Part shown: piece by piece, positions 13,937 through 27,454 of the stretch
How positions within the stretch are numbered: position 1 is the first letter of the stretch
Layout of the letters: every line of letters begins with the position of its first letter
Source: Eledone cirrhosa
Taxonomy: Eukaryota
NCBI GenBank assembly: GCA_964016885.1
Contig: OZ024760.1
Location: forward strand, 33,976,001-34,040,000
Length of the DNA: 64,000 bases
Reading direction: 5' to 3'
Notes under the pieces: generated by a model
What the model was told of the DNA's origin: nothing
The model's input: only the letters and a program-made list of their open reading frames with translations
Database searches by the model: none
Program-made: the position numbers and the translations under genes

Positions 13937-15180
13937 AGAGATAGAATCAGAGAGATAGAATCAGAGAGATAGAATCAGAGTGTATAAAGGAGCCAGAACC
14001 AAATGGGAAAAAATGGTAAATAATGACATAAATGGGACCTGCCCCTTGTATAGGAGCAAATTTTGGAATAGAATAGAAAGAACTAGGAACAAGGCCAATA
14101 GAATAAACTCATGGTATGATAGCAATAAATACCAGAGTGTAATGTTCATCAATACAACCCCTAGAGGCGAACTAGCCTACAAATTTAGAAGGGCCCTAAA
14201 TAAACATAATCTCAATATTAAGATAGTAGAAAGACCTGGTACCTCCGTAAAAACACTTATTAGCAAGACATACCCGTTCCAAAGACCCTCATGTATAGAT
14301 AAGAAATGTATAACCTGTAAAATAAGCCCCCATATTAACTGTAAAACTAGAAATGTAGTGTATAGCATAAGATGTACTGAAGGACAATGTAGAAACAAAA
14401 ATATAGTGTACATAGGTGAGACAGCTCGTAGTATAGGGGAACGAATAAATGAACACTGGCGAGACCTCCAAGATAATAAAGAATCATCTGTGCTCTACCA
14501 ACATGCTAAGATAGAACACAGGGGTAGATTAGAGAGCATAGAAATAAAAATAGAATCCACGCACAGAAAAGACGCAATGTTTAGGCAAATTACAAAGGCA
14601 GTAAGCATAAAAGAATTAAAACCAAAATTAAATAGAAAATATGAGTGGAACAGCAACATCACAACTTACAATTAAGGACAAAATGAAAACACACACACAA
14701 ATAGAACAAACAACTTACAATTGAAAACACACACAAAATGAAAACACACACAGGACAAAATGAAAACACAAAAAACACACACACACATAGAACAAACAAC
14801 CAACCAACAATAAATAAATAAACAAATAGAAAAATGAACACAAACACACACAGACACCCGGATGTGGCACATGCGCAAACTGAGCACACAACACACACAC
14901 AGAAACAAAATGGCGTAGGATAGAAGAAAGAAAAGGCACAGAAACGAAGAAAGGAATCCCCAGTCACTGAAGAGGTCACAGAGTGTGTGACGAAAGGACT
15001 ATGACTATATATATAAACAACTATCTGGTTGTGGAACCAACCAACCAACCAGAAATTTATAATTTATAATTTATAAGTTTGTAGATTTGTAAATTTATAA
15101 ATTTATAAATAAATAATAAATTGAAGTGAAAGCAACTGGTGCGTGTGTTTCTTATTGGCAACATGACCCTCCCAAAGTAT

Positions 15181-15187
<7 letters not shown>
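13937..15187 (+). mobile_element. Inverted, more truncated second copy of the same PLE (GIY-YIG part, ORF 13980-14675) with pLTR
   Basis: Protein nearly identical to the C-terminal 231 aa of the 12403-13836 ORF. A triplicated 14-bp 'gagagatagaatca' marks the junction. Confidence 0.92.
14962..15006 (+). ncRNA. Minimal hammerhead in PLE pLTR
   Basis: CTGAAGA at 14967 and GAAA at 14992; same fold as 12072-12116. Confidence 0.85.
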
Positions 15188-15247
<60 letters not shown>

Positions 15248-15541
15248 AAAAGAGTCAGGGCCCCGACGGCTGATCTCCGGTCGTTTCGACAGTTATCTTT
15301 TACCTGTTATTCTTTACTTGCCTGTCCGCTCAACCTGATAAACGTTTTTTAAAATCTTTCTCCTAACTTTACTCTTTATTTCCGATACTTTGAAACGCTC
15401 CTCTTTCCTTCTCCAACAAGTAGGTTGTTCCGTTGATGAAACAGTTGGACTATTCAACTTAAGAAGAGACGGATGTCATACACACACGTACAAGTGATAT
15501 GTGTGGTATTTGGCTGCTTTTTCTAGTATGTTAAAGCTACT

Positions 15542-15611
15542 TCAGTACATCTTTGGTCCGTGTTTCTGTAATGTTTGCATCACAGCTCTCCATACAATAT
15601 CTGCAGCTGAT
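15542..15611 (-). CDS. Candidate terminal exon of an unidentified host gene (SAADIVWRAVMQTLQKHGPKMY*)
   Basis: Strong minus-strand acceptor 'ttttttttacag' followed by non-repetitive, protein-like sequence ending in TGA. No homology recognised. Confidence 0.2.
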
Positions 15612-16122
15612 CTGTAAAAAAAACTGGGTTATTGTCATGTAGGTCGTGGGAAATATATACACACTCGTTCACATACATACACATATATATATATATACAC
15701 ATACACATGCACACACACACATACGCATATATATATATACACACACACACAAACACACACAAACACACACATCCACACACATGCACATATATATATATAC
15801 ACACACACATGTACACACATACATACACACATACATATACTCTCTCTCGCTCTCTCTTAAACTCTCTCTCTTCCCCTCCCTATCCTTCTCCCCTTCTCAG
15901 GTCATCCAGTCCCTGTCCCTCTCTACCCCCCCCCCTCCAGTTTTAGTTGTGTTATTCCATTTGTTTTTTTTCTGTCATCCTGTTTATTTTTGTTGTTGTT
16001 GTTGTTGTTGTTGTTCTTCTTCTTCTTCTTCTTCTTCTTCTTCTTCTTCTTCTTCTTCTTCTTCTTCTTCTCCTTCTTTGAGTCTCAGTCATTAATGTTA
16101 TTTAACTGGAAAGTTTGTTGAA

Positions 16123-16167
<45 letters not shown>

Positions 16168-16389
16168 TCCTCATCACAATCATCATCACCATCATCATCA
16201 CCATCATCACCATCATCATCATCTACAGTTGGCATCTAGTTACAGTAATGAGATAATAATGATGATATAATTATAGATACATAACAAGTGTGAAAGTCGG
16301 CCATGTTGGTTCTTGTATGTAGTAATAGATGAACTAATATGTAGGTTAGCAGTAATAATAAGCCTGCTGACATTTCATGTCGATGTCAC

Positions 16390-16900
16390 CGAATATTCAC
16401 TAATAACCGAAAGAATATGACACCGAATATAAACGTTCGAAATGGTGTTCCTATGAAGAGTCTTTTGAGTTATGTTACTGGATAGGGTTTCAAGTTCCGA
16501 CATCATGGAATCGCTCTAAGTAGAGCCGCTACCTTTCTGTATTAAGAGATCTAAGCTAAGGTACTATGGACATGTGATTAGAATGTCTAAGGAAAGAATC
16601 GTGGAGAGTCGCTCCAGATAGAGTCACTACTTCTCTGTATTAAGAGATCTAAGCTAAGGTACTATGGACATGTGGTTAGAATGTCTAAGGAAAGAATCGC
16701 TGGAGAGATTTTACTGGCCAAGTCAACGGGCAGAAAACCCAGAGGGAAACCATGAGTAACGATGGCTGGATAACATCCATATGCTCAGTTGGTCTCGCTT
16801 GGAGAACCCAGTTGGATGATTTAGAGACGGTTTCTTCTGGCAGGAGTGGACCCCCTGGAAGATGTATTTAAGGACTCCGCCCCTTCATGACCTTCTCAGG
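16390..16900 (+). pseudogene. Decayed 3' end of an RTE-clade LINE with an internal ~100-bp duplication
   Basis: Translates to 'KRSKLRYYGHVVRMSKERIAGEILLAKSTGRKPRGKP...RWLDNI', matching the RTE 'GH..R....GKRPRGRP..RW.D' C-terminal motif. Confidence 0.75.
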
Positions 16901-16922
16901 AATAAGTGAGCATAAGCATATA

Positions 16923-16965
<43 letters not shown>

Positions 16966-16984
16966 GTGTCTGTGTATATATACA

Positions 16985-17390
16985 TATATTGTTTTGCGAG
17001 GTTTTTGATATGAAATCGTGTGTCGAAACAAATATTGTTGTACTTGGGGAGGGTCATATTGTTGTAATAATATTGCCAGAAATAATAACAGAACACACTC
17101 ACTGTTTGATTAATTTTCGCTTCTGTATCTTTTATATCTCCACAGTTAATTCATTCGGTCCTCAATGTTACCATTGACTGACCAACGGTCAAAAATACAG
17201 ATAAAATATAGATATAAACACATATATATATAGTCTAACAAAGTTATTTCGTTGCACATCTGCAACATCGTCAGTGGTGCTATTATGTTCCTCCTGTTGT
17301 TTTGTATTGTATAAAGATGGCTTAGATATACAATACAACAGGAGGAACATAATAGCACCACTGATTTCTGGCAATATTATTACAACAATA
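16985..17390 (-). mobile_element. Diverged PLE pLTR remnant with degenerate hammerhead (17233-17280) and short inverted arm
   Basis: Tail resembles 11840-11960. Minus strand CTGACGA-T-GTTGCA GATG TGCAAC-GAAA, but the NUH site and stem I are lost. Inverted repeat at 17271-17300/17336-17364. Confidence 0.6.
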
Positions 17391-17426
17391 TATACACACA
17401 CATATACATATACATATATATGGGTG

Positions 17427-17475
<49 letters not shown>

Positions 17476-18043
17476 GGGTGTGTGTATGTTTGTTGGGCAC
17501 TTCCTAGAAAAATATATGCAAATATTCTAAGGAGAAGGAGGTGTGAGGGGAGGGTGTTGACTCTTATACAGAAATACAAGTAGGTTAGAAGCAAGTCTGT
17601 TGACATTTAGTTTATTCAGGCAGCAATTTTCTTCATCGGAATCTATTCGATAAATTAACCCCATCATTACCGTGTTATTTCTCCCCTTCAAATTGCTGGT
17701 CTTGTGCACAAAGTAGAAACAATTATTTCTAAAGCTATGATTCTCAAACTGGTGCGACTTGACTCAGGGGAAACCATTTCAAATCTTTAGGGAAGAATTT
17801 TAGACAAGAGAGGATTTGGTGAGGGTGGGGAGTAACTTTAACCAAAGGTACCGGGTAAATACTGCGTTTGATTTAATCATCTTTGTCCTTACCCTCCTCC
17901 CCGTAATTTGTTGGTTCTATTCCAGTTTTAGAAAGAAATATTTATATAGATTGTATTTATTTTTCTGTAAAATTAGTAGAATATATTCCTTAGTCATTCC
18001 TGATAATGGTGGTCAGTCTAACCGACTGTCCGGGTTGAAACAT

Positions 18044-21000
18044 GTCCAGGTATATGTCTAGTGTAGCTGTCTATAGAACTGACCACAGTACTGGGCAGTG
18101 TAGTTGATGTCCAGATATATGTCCAGTGTAGCTGTCTATAGAACTGACCACAGTACTGGTCAGTGAAGCTGAAGTCCAGATATATGTCCAGTATAGCTGT
18201 CTATAGAACTGACCACAGTACTGGTCAGTGAAGCTGAAGTCCAGATATATGTCCAGTGTAGCTGTCTATAGAACTGACCACAGTACTGGGCAGTGTAGTT
18301 GATGTCCAGATATATGTCCAGTGTAGCTGTCTATAGAATTGACCACAGTACTGGTCAGTGTAGCTGAAGTCCAGATATATGTCCAGTATAGCTGTCTATA
18401 GAACTGACCACAGTACTGGTCAGTGAAGCTGAAGTCCAGATATATGTCCAGTATAGCTGTCTATAGAACTGACCACAGTACTCGTCAGTGAAGCTGAAGT
18501 CCAGATATATGTCCAGTATAGCTGTCTATAGAACTGACCACAGTACTGGTCAGTGAAGCTGAAGTCCAGATATATGTCCAGTATAGCTGTCTATAGAACT
18601 GACCACAGTACTGGTCAGTGAAGCTGAAGTCCAGATATATGTCCAGTATAGCTGTCTATAGAACTGACCACAGTACTGGTCAGTGAAGCTGAAGTCAAGA
18701 TATATGTCCAGTGTAGCTGTCTATAGAACTGACCACAGTACTGGTCAGTGTAGTTGATGTCCAGATATATGTCCAGTGTAGCTGTCTATAGAACTGACCA
18801 CAGTACTGGTCAGTGTAGCTGAAGTCCAGATATATGTCCAGTGTAGCTGTCTATAGAACTGACCACAGTACTGGTCAGTGTAGCTGAAGTCCAAATATAT
18901 GTCCAGTGTAGCTGTCTATAGAACTGACCACAGTACTAGGCAGTGTAGCTGATGTCTAGATATATGTCCAGTATAGCTGTCTATAGAACTGACCAGGAGA
19001 CTGGTCAATGTAGCTGATGTCTAGATATATGTCCAGTGTAGCTGCCTATAGAACTGACCAGGAGACTGGTCAGTGTAGCTGATGTCTAGATATATGTCCA
19101 GTGTAGCTGTCTATAGAACTGACTACAGTACTGGTCAGTGTAGCTTATATCTAGATATATGTCCAGTGTAGCTGTCTATAGAACTGACCACAGTACTGGT
19201 CAGTGTAGTTGATGTCCAGATGTATGTCCAGTGTATCTGTCTATAGAACTGACCACAGTACTGGTCAGTCTAGCTGAAGTCCAGATATATGTCTAGTGTA
19301 GCTGTCTATAGAACTGACCACAGTACTGGTCAGTGTAGCTGAAGTCCAGATATATGTCTAGTGTAGCTGTCTATAGAACTGACCACAGTACTGGTCAGTG
19401 TAGCTGATGTCCAGATATATGTCCAGTGTATCTGTCTATAGAACTGACCACAGTACTGGTCAGTGTAGCTGATGTCCAGATATATGTCCAGTGTATCTGT
19501 CTATAGAACTGACCACAGTACTGGTCAGTGTAGCTGAAGTCCAGATATATGTCCAGTATAGCTGTCTATAGAACTGACCACAGTACTGGCCATTGTAGCT
19601 GATGTCCAGATATATGTCCAGTGTATCTGTCTATAGAACTGACCACAGTACTGGTCAATGTAGCTGAAGTCCAGATATATGTCCAGTGTAGCTGTCTATA
19701 GAACTGACCACAGTACTGGTCAGTGTAGCTGAAGTCCAAATATATGTCCAGTGTATCTGTCTTTAGAATTGACCACAGCACTGGTCAGTGTAGCTGAAGT
19801 CCAGATATATGTCCAGTGTAGCTGTCTATAGAACTGACCACAGTACTGGTCAGTGTAGCTGAAGTCCAGATATATGTCTAGTGTAGCTGTCTATAGAACT
19901 GACCACAGTACTGGTCAGTGTAGCTGATGTCCAGATATATGTCCAGTGTATCTGTCTATAGAACTGACCACAGTACTGATCAGTGTAGCTGATGTCCAGA
20001 TATATGTCCAGTGTATCTGTCTATAGAACTGACCACAGTACTGGTCAGTGTAGTTGATATCCAGTGTAGCTGTCTATAGAACTGACCACAGTACTGGTCT
20101 GTGTAGTTGATGTCCAGATATATGTCCAGTGTATCTGTTTATAGAACTGACCACAATACTGGTCAGTGTAGCTGAAGTCCAGATATATGTCCAGTATAGC
20201 TGTCTATAGAACTGACCACAGTACTGGCCATTGTAGCTGATGTCCAGATATATGTCCAGTGTATCTGTCTATAGAACTGACCACAGTACTGGTCAGTGTA
20301 GCTGAAGTCCAAATATATGTCCAGTGTATCTGTTTATAGAACTGACCACAATACTGGTCAGTGTAGCTGAAGTCCAGATATATGTCCAGTATAGCTGTCT
20401 ATAGAACTGACCACAGTACTGGTCAGTGTAGCTGAAGGCCAGATATATGTCCAGTGTAGCTGTTTATAGAATTGACCACAGTACTGGTCAGTGTAGCTGA
20501 AGTCCAAATATATGTCCAGTGTAGCTGTCTATAGAACTGACCACAGTACTAGGCAGTGTAGCTGATGTCTAGATATATGTCCAGTGTAGCTGCCTATAGA
20601 ACTGACCAGGAGACTGGTCAGTGTAGCTGATGTCTATATATATGTCCAGTGTAGCTGCCTATAGAACTGACCAGGAGACTGGTCAGTGTAGCTGATGTCT
20701 AGATATATGTCCAGTGTAGCTGTCTATAGAACTGACTACAGTACTGGTCAGTGTAGCTTATATCTAGATATATGTCCAGTGTAGCTGTCTATAGAACTGA
20801 CCACAGTACTGGTCAGTGTAGTTGATGTCCAGATGTATGTCCAGTGTATCTGTCTATAGAACTGACTACAGTACTGGTCAGTGTAGCTGAAGTCCAGATA
20901 TATGTCTAGTGTAGCTGTCTATAGAACTGACCACAGTACTGGTCAGTGTAGCTGAAGTCCAGATATATGTCTAGTGTAGCTGTCTATAGAACTGACCACA

Positions 21001-21815
21001 GTACTGGTCAGTGTAGCTGATGTCCAGATATATGTCCAGTGTATCTGTCTATAGAACTGACCACAGTACTGGTCAGTGTAGCTGATGTCCAGATATATGT
21101 CCAGTGTATCTGTCTATAGAACTGACCACAGTACTGGTCAGTGTAGTTGATGTCCAGTGTAGCTGTCTATAGAACTGACCACAGTACTGGTCAGTGTAGC
21201 TGATGTCCAGATATATGTCCAGTGTATCTGTCTATAGAACTGACCACAGTACTGGTCAGTGTAGCTGAAGTCCAGATATATGTCCAGTGTATCTGTCCAT
21301 AGAACTGACCACAGCACTGGTCAGTGTAGTTGATGTCCAGTGTAGCTGTCTATAGAATTGACCACAGTACTGGTCAGTGTAGCTGATGTCCAGATATATG
21401 TCCAGTATAGCTGTCTATAGAACTGACCAGAGTACTGGTCAGTGTAGCTGAAGTCCAGAGTCCAGATATATGTCCAGTGTATCTGTCCATAGAACTGACC
21501 ACAGTACTGGTCAGTGTAGCTGAAGTCCAGATATATGTCCAGTGTATCTGTCCATAGAACTGACCACAGTACTGGTCAGTGTAGCTGAAGTCCAGATATA
21601 TGTCCAGTGTATCTGTCCATAGAACTGACCACAGTACTGGTCAGTGTAGTTGATGTCCAGCGTAGCTGTCTATAGAATTGACCACAGTACTGGTCAGTGT
21701 AGCTGATGTCCAGATATATGTCCAGTGTATCTGTCTATAGAACTGACCAGAGTACTGGTCAGTGTAGCTGATGTCCAGATATGTGTACAGTGTAGCTGTC
21801 TATAGAACTGACCAA
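18044..21815. repeat. 65-bp tandem satellite, ~58 copies, with an internal hairpin
   Basis: Unit gtccagtgtagctgtctatagaactgaccacagtactggtcagtgtagctgaagtccagatatat; occasional 52-bp deletion variants. Confidence 0.97.
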
Positions 21816-21819
21816 TATA

Positions 21820-21995
21820 TTATTTCTACTATAGGCACAAGGCCAGCAATTTAAAGGGGGCGGGGAAGTCGATTAAATCGACTCAGTACATTACTGGTAC
21901 TTTATTTGATCGACCCCCGTAAGGATGAAAGGCAGAGTTAACCACTGCGCGGGATTTGAACTCAGAACATAAAGGGTCATAACTCGATACTGCCA
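21820..21995 (-). mobile_element. tRNA-derived SINE
   Basis: Reverse complement of the 7435 family. Confidence 0.85.
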
Positions 21996-22267
21996 CTCAG
22001 AACTGACCAATATATTGAGACCCCAAACCATCAGATTTCTTTTATAACATATGGGGTTTCTAGTAATGTATGTTTTTTAGTGTCTAAATAAAATGAATTA
22101 TCACCGGAATGCTACGACTTAAAATAAAATTTCACCTGAGATAGATTAGCAAAGGTTAATAAACGGAGTCGTTGGGATAAGATCTCGTGGCAGAGGGACT
22201 ATTATTCGAGACCCGAGCGTAAGTTTCCTCAAATCTATATGTCTAGGTATGGAAATTGCTTTCTAAT

Positions 22268-22475
22268 ATATCGATCGATTCGATCAGTCGACAAGATCCA
22301 AGGCCCTCATTCACTTCGTCAAATCGGACCAAGGAAACAATCTTTCCATTGGTCTTTCCATTGATGATACTATCTGCCAGTCGCAACTACTGGCAGAATG
22401 AGCAACGTGAAGTAAAGTGTCTTGCTCAAGACATAATGCATCACCCGGTCCAGGAATCGAACTCACAACCTCATG
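22268..22475 (-). mobile_element. Second tRNA-SINE family copy
   Basis: Minus strand 'gagttcgattcctggaccggg...cttgagcaagacactttacttcacgttgctc'. Confidence 0.75.
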
Positions 22476-22504
22476 ATATATATATATATGTGTGTGTGTG
22501 TGTA

Positions 22505-22978
22505 TAAACCGTAGAGCAAATATTTATAAGAACAGATTAAAGTTTAAGCAAAGAATCGCTGCTTTCACCCTTAATGGGATCTTCTGAAGATCCCGTGTCT
22601 CTGTATGTCTGACTGTCTGCATTAGATAACGTTTTTCGAAATATTTACTTCTGCGTTCACAGACGGATTTTTTTAGTTTCAGATGATCCCGTTAAGGGTG
22701 AAAGCAGAGATTATTTGCTTAATCTTTAATCTGTTATTTTAATATATATATATATTCGTGTACAGATATTTTTGCATACACAAAAACAAAAAGCTATTTA
22801 TTTCACGAAAGCACAGACGGCTTATCGTCATTGTTACTGTTCGAAGTTAGAGGACCACAGTCTTTCCAAGATCTGAGAACCATCAATGGCCATCAATATT
22901 CCAGTTACCGTTTGGCTTGCCAGATGCGTGGTATGTTACACGATGGCAGCCATTGGCACCTCACCCTGCAAGAGGCAG
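22505..22978 (+). mobile_element. Helitron remnant including a RepHel coding fragment (22831-22978)
   Basis: 'LLLFEVRGPQSFQDLRTINGHQYSSYRLACQMRGMLHDGSHWHLTLQEA' matches the Helitron Rep-helicase linker (LL..V.GP.SF.DLRT.NG..Y..F..AC...GLL.DD.HW). Non-coding 22595-22810 is homologous to 45120-45510. Confidence 0.8.
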
Positions 22979-23024
22979 ACTACTACTACTACTACTACTA
23001 CTACTACTGCTACTACTACTGCTG

Positions 23025-23083
<59 letters not shown>

Positions 23084-23325
23084 GCTGCTGCTGCTACTAC
23101 TACTACTACTGCTGCTGCTACTACTACTACTACTACCACTACTACTACTACCACTAGTACTACTACTACTACTACCACTACTACCACCACTACTACCACT
23201 ACCACTACCACCACTACCACTATTACTACCACTACCACCACTACTACTACTACTACCACCACTACTACTACCACTACTACTACTACCACCACTACTACCA
23301 CCACCACCACCACCACCACCACCAT

Positions 23326-23385
<60 letters not shown>

Positions 23386-23437
23386 TACTACTACTACCAC
23401 CACTGCTACTACCACCACCACTACTACTACTACCACC

Positions 23438-23469
<32 letters not shown>

Positions 23470-23494
23470 CACCACTACTACTACCACCACCACC

Positions 23495-23525
<31 letters not shown>

Positions 23526-24066
23526 TCACCACTACTACTACCACCACCACCACTACTACTACTACCACCACTACTACTACTACCACCACCACCACTACTA
23601 CTACTACCACCACTACTACTACTACTACCACCACTACTACTACTACCACCACTACTACTACTACTACCACCACTACTACTACCACCACCACCACTACTAC
23701 TACTACCACCACTACTACTACTACCACCACCACCACTACTACTACTACCACCACTACTACTACCACCACTACTACTACTACCACCACCACCACTACTACC
23801 ACCACCACCACTACTACTACCACCACTACTACTACTACCACCACCACCACTACTACTACTACCACCACTACTACTACTACTATATACGCAGCATCAAAAC
23901 AAGACAGAGAAGGGAAAGTAGAGGAAAGAGAGAACGTCTATAGTACAAAAGTTAACCTCAATTAAGAATGAAACAAATCTAGTAGTAGTAGTAGTGGTGG
24001 TAGTGGTAGTAGTGGTAGTGGTAGTGGTAGTAGTGGAGGTGGTAGTGGTAGTAGTGGTGGTGGTAA

Positions 24067-24121
<55 letters not shown>

Positions 24122-24165
24122 GGTGATGGTGGTGGTAGTAGTAGTAGTGGTAGTAGTGGTGGTGA

Positions 24166-24200
<35 letters not shown>

Positions 24201-24201
24201 A

Positions 24202-24235
<34 letters not shown>

Positions 24236-24396
24236 GGTGGTAGTAATAGTAGTAATAGTAGTAGTGGTGGTAGTAGTAGTAGTAGTAGTGGTTGTAGCTG
24301 CAGTAGTAGTAGTAGTGGTAGTAGCTGTAGTAGTAGTTGTGATGGTGGTAGTAGTAGTAGTCGTAGTAGTTGCAGTAGTCGTAGTAGTAGTGGTGT

Positions 24397-24476
<80 letters not shown>

Positions 24477-24525
24477 ATAGTAGCTGTAGTAGTAGTAGTA
24501 GTAATGGTAGCAGCAGCAGCAGTAA

Positions 24526-24574
<49 letters not shown>

Positions 24575-24580
24575 TGTAGT
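22979..24580. repeat. (TAC/CAC)n tract (22979-23881) followed by complementary (GTA/GTG)n tract (23980-24580)
   Basis: Visible directly; poly-T, poly-V, poly-Y and poly-L ORFs are artefacts. Confidence 0.95.
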
Positions 24581-24967
24581 TTATTCGTCTGTGAATCTGT
24601 TCAGTTGTGACAACAGAAAGAGAAGGGAAGAGAGAAGTTGGGAAAGATAAATACTTTGGCTTCTGTACAAAAGGTAAGATGTTTACATACATATACACGT
24701 ATATATATAGAAGGAGTACTCAATACCACGAAATAGCGTTTAAATATTCATTTATTATGCCTAAGTGGTTACTCTGGAGCACTAAAGTTTAACAAGGCAA
24801 TAGTATATATATATATATATATATTTAAACAAGGTTCAATGAATAAATCAAAGAATAAAGTTTTACAATAGATTAGAAGCACTCTATATTGAGTTTTGTC
24901 ATATCTTATTCACTACCATGACTGAATTTTAACCATCTACTTAGTCAGGGTATGTCATGCATCATCT

Positions 24968-25034
24968 TATTTTATCTGATGAGGACGTACTATTGAAGAT
25001 AGCTCAGTACCTCTGAAATATGTATAATAAAATA
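24968..25034 (+). ncRNA. Type I hammerhead (family of 9130/11717)
   Basis: TATTTTAT-CTGATGA-GGACGTAC..GTACCTCT-GAA-ATATGTAT-A-ATAAAATA. Confidence 0.7.
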
Positions 25035-25075
25035 TACTTGATCACACGATTGTCTATTTTTGTTAATATTTTGAA

Positions 25076-25154
<79 letters not shown>

Positions 25155-25156
<2 letters not shown>

Positions 25157-25342
25157 CGAAGGAGTTGTGGTAAGGAACCAGATGGACCATAACGCACCAG
25201 AGTACTCATTACTTAGGGTAGTAGAGTGGGTAATAGGAAAAAGTATGACCCCGACGGCAGAGCTCAAGCCGTGTCGACGGTTATTTCTGGAATAGTTTAG
25301 AAATAGCCGTCGAAACGGCTTGAGCTCTGCCGTCGGGGTCAT
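25155..25342. mobile_element. pLTR tail plus a ~98-bp palindrome (25245-25342) made of two hammerhead 3' halves
   Basis: GAA-ACGGC TTGAGCTCT GCCGT-C-GGGG on both strands (one copy GACA); family of 38216-38311. The tail matches 8335-8420. Confidence 0.7.
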
Positions 25343-25419
25343 CATTTTTCATTTTCAAGTGCGTGAATCTAATAAACCTTTATTTGTCTGCCTCTCTGTT
25401 TTGTTCCCGTCCAAATTTG

Positions 25420-25534
<115 letters not shown>

Positions 25535-26419
25535 CATACATACACGTGCTTGTGGTGGTCGTTGTTTTGTCCCTGGTCAGTCAGGCCTGATTGAACAGAA
25601 AGCTGTGACCTCTCACCTCTACATGGTTTTGTTCAGGTATAACAGCGTGAATAAATTATCCACCGTACCAGTGATTATTTTAACGTGAAATTGACCCCTG
25701 CTTGTATAGATGACCCCATCTTGTGTAGTTATAAATCTATTTTTGTGTAGTTCTAACTCTATTTTGTGTAGTTCTAACTCTATTTTGTGTAGTTCTAACT
25801 CTATTTTGTGTAGTTCTAAATATATATTTTGTCCTGTATATTTACATTTTCTGTTAAATTTTACATCTGCTTACATGGTACATATTGGCTAAAAGGCTTT
25901 AAAAAAAACCTCCCTAAAATGTTTTTAAATAAACTAGCCATGGCATTACATTACAAATATTTCTTGGAATCAGAGAATACCAAATACTGTCTTATGGTAC
26001 CTGTCTTGAAGATTTGTGCAAGTTTTAAATTTCTTTAGAATAAACCCTGGATGGTTAGAGTGCAATTTGAAGGAATTTTGCGCTGCTCTTTCTAGCAGGT
26101 GTTGCTGGTAACCGCGAAGAAAATGTCTTATCTTTGAATTATGAAATCTGCGAGGAATTTGGCATCTAAGCATGTATTCACAGTTGTCCTACATGTTTAT
26201 GTATTGATATTGTCAGGATGACGTCTAGTTATGTATGAAGCTGTCTTAAAGGCGCTCACACATACATAGATCCATACATGTGTAGACATATACGTGTGTA
26301 AACTGACATATACATACACTTTCACTTTTATAGAATAGAATGAGATTTATATATTTATAGATATATGTATTTGTATACATGTCTGTTTATATGAGTGTGC
26401 ACACACATATACACATGTG

Positions 26420-27080
26420 CATATATATATATATAAGTATTGAAGTTTCCGTTGAAAATTGAAAAAGTCATAGGAGTGAAGAGTGCTCTATGTAAGTACC
26501 AGAGCAAAATTTAATGTATAATAAAGAATACAATATAATTACCTCATGACCAGAGGTTTCCCGAATAAGACGAATACGAAAAACGTCTTCATTCGTTCGT
26601 TGGACAAGGTAATTTAAAACATAGTGAAATATTTGGAAACTCTCCTCAAGAAATGCAAAACATATATAAATAAAAGTAATGAAAGAGATATATAAAAAAA
26701 ATATAAGGAAATATAGTTAGGGTATGTATATATGTATGTATATACACTCACAAATGTACATATGTGTGTATGTACAAATGCATGTGTATGGTGAAAATGT
26801 GCGCGTAAGTACATATATGAGGGTAAGTATATTTGTGTATATGTGACCACAAATACGTATATAATATGAGTTGAAAAAGAAATTGTATGAAAATATAGTT
26901 GACACGCATCCAGATACAGGTATTAAATACACATACGAGTATGAAAGCACGCGTATAAACACACACACACACGCGATCACTTATATGCGGAAGATAAAGA
27001 GGGAAGGGAGTGTAATAGTAAAAATAAGTGCCATTCTCGATATATGTATAAAAATGAAACAATATATGAGAATGAAAAAA
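26420..27080 (-). mobile_element. Diverged copy of the PLE 3' region at 53400-54070 with a degenerate hammerhead (~26542-26609)
   Basis: Reverse-complement similarity. GAAACCTCTGGTC-ATGAG is retained but the core has mutated to CCAACGA. Confidence 0.7.
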
Positions 27081-27087
27081 ATTTTAA

Positions 27088-27360
27088 GGGAAAGTCGATT
27101 AGCTCACCAGTACATTACTGGTACTTTATTTTATCGACCCTGTAAGGATGAAAGGCAAAGCTAACCGCAGCGGGATAATAATTGTTTCTACTTTTGGCAC
27201 AAGGCCAGCAAATACCCAGTGTATTACTGGTACTTTATTTTATCGATCCCATAAGGATGAAAGGCAAAGTTAACCTCGGCGGGATTTGAACTCAGATCGT
27301 AAAGGGACGTAACTACGCTGGAAAGCCTGACCCTTTACCAATACTGCCAATTCACCGCCC
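27088..27360 (-). mobile_element. Two adjacent tRNA-SINE copies
   Basis: Repeated 'tactggtactttattttatcga..cc..taaggatgaaaggcaaag'. Confidence 0.85.
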
Positions 27361-27407
27361 CAATTATCCCGCAGCGGGATAATAATAATAGCTATATATA
27401 TTATATT

Positions 27408-27454
<47 letters not shown>

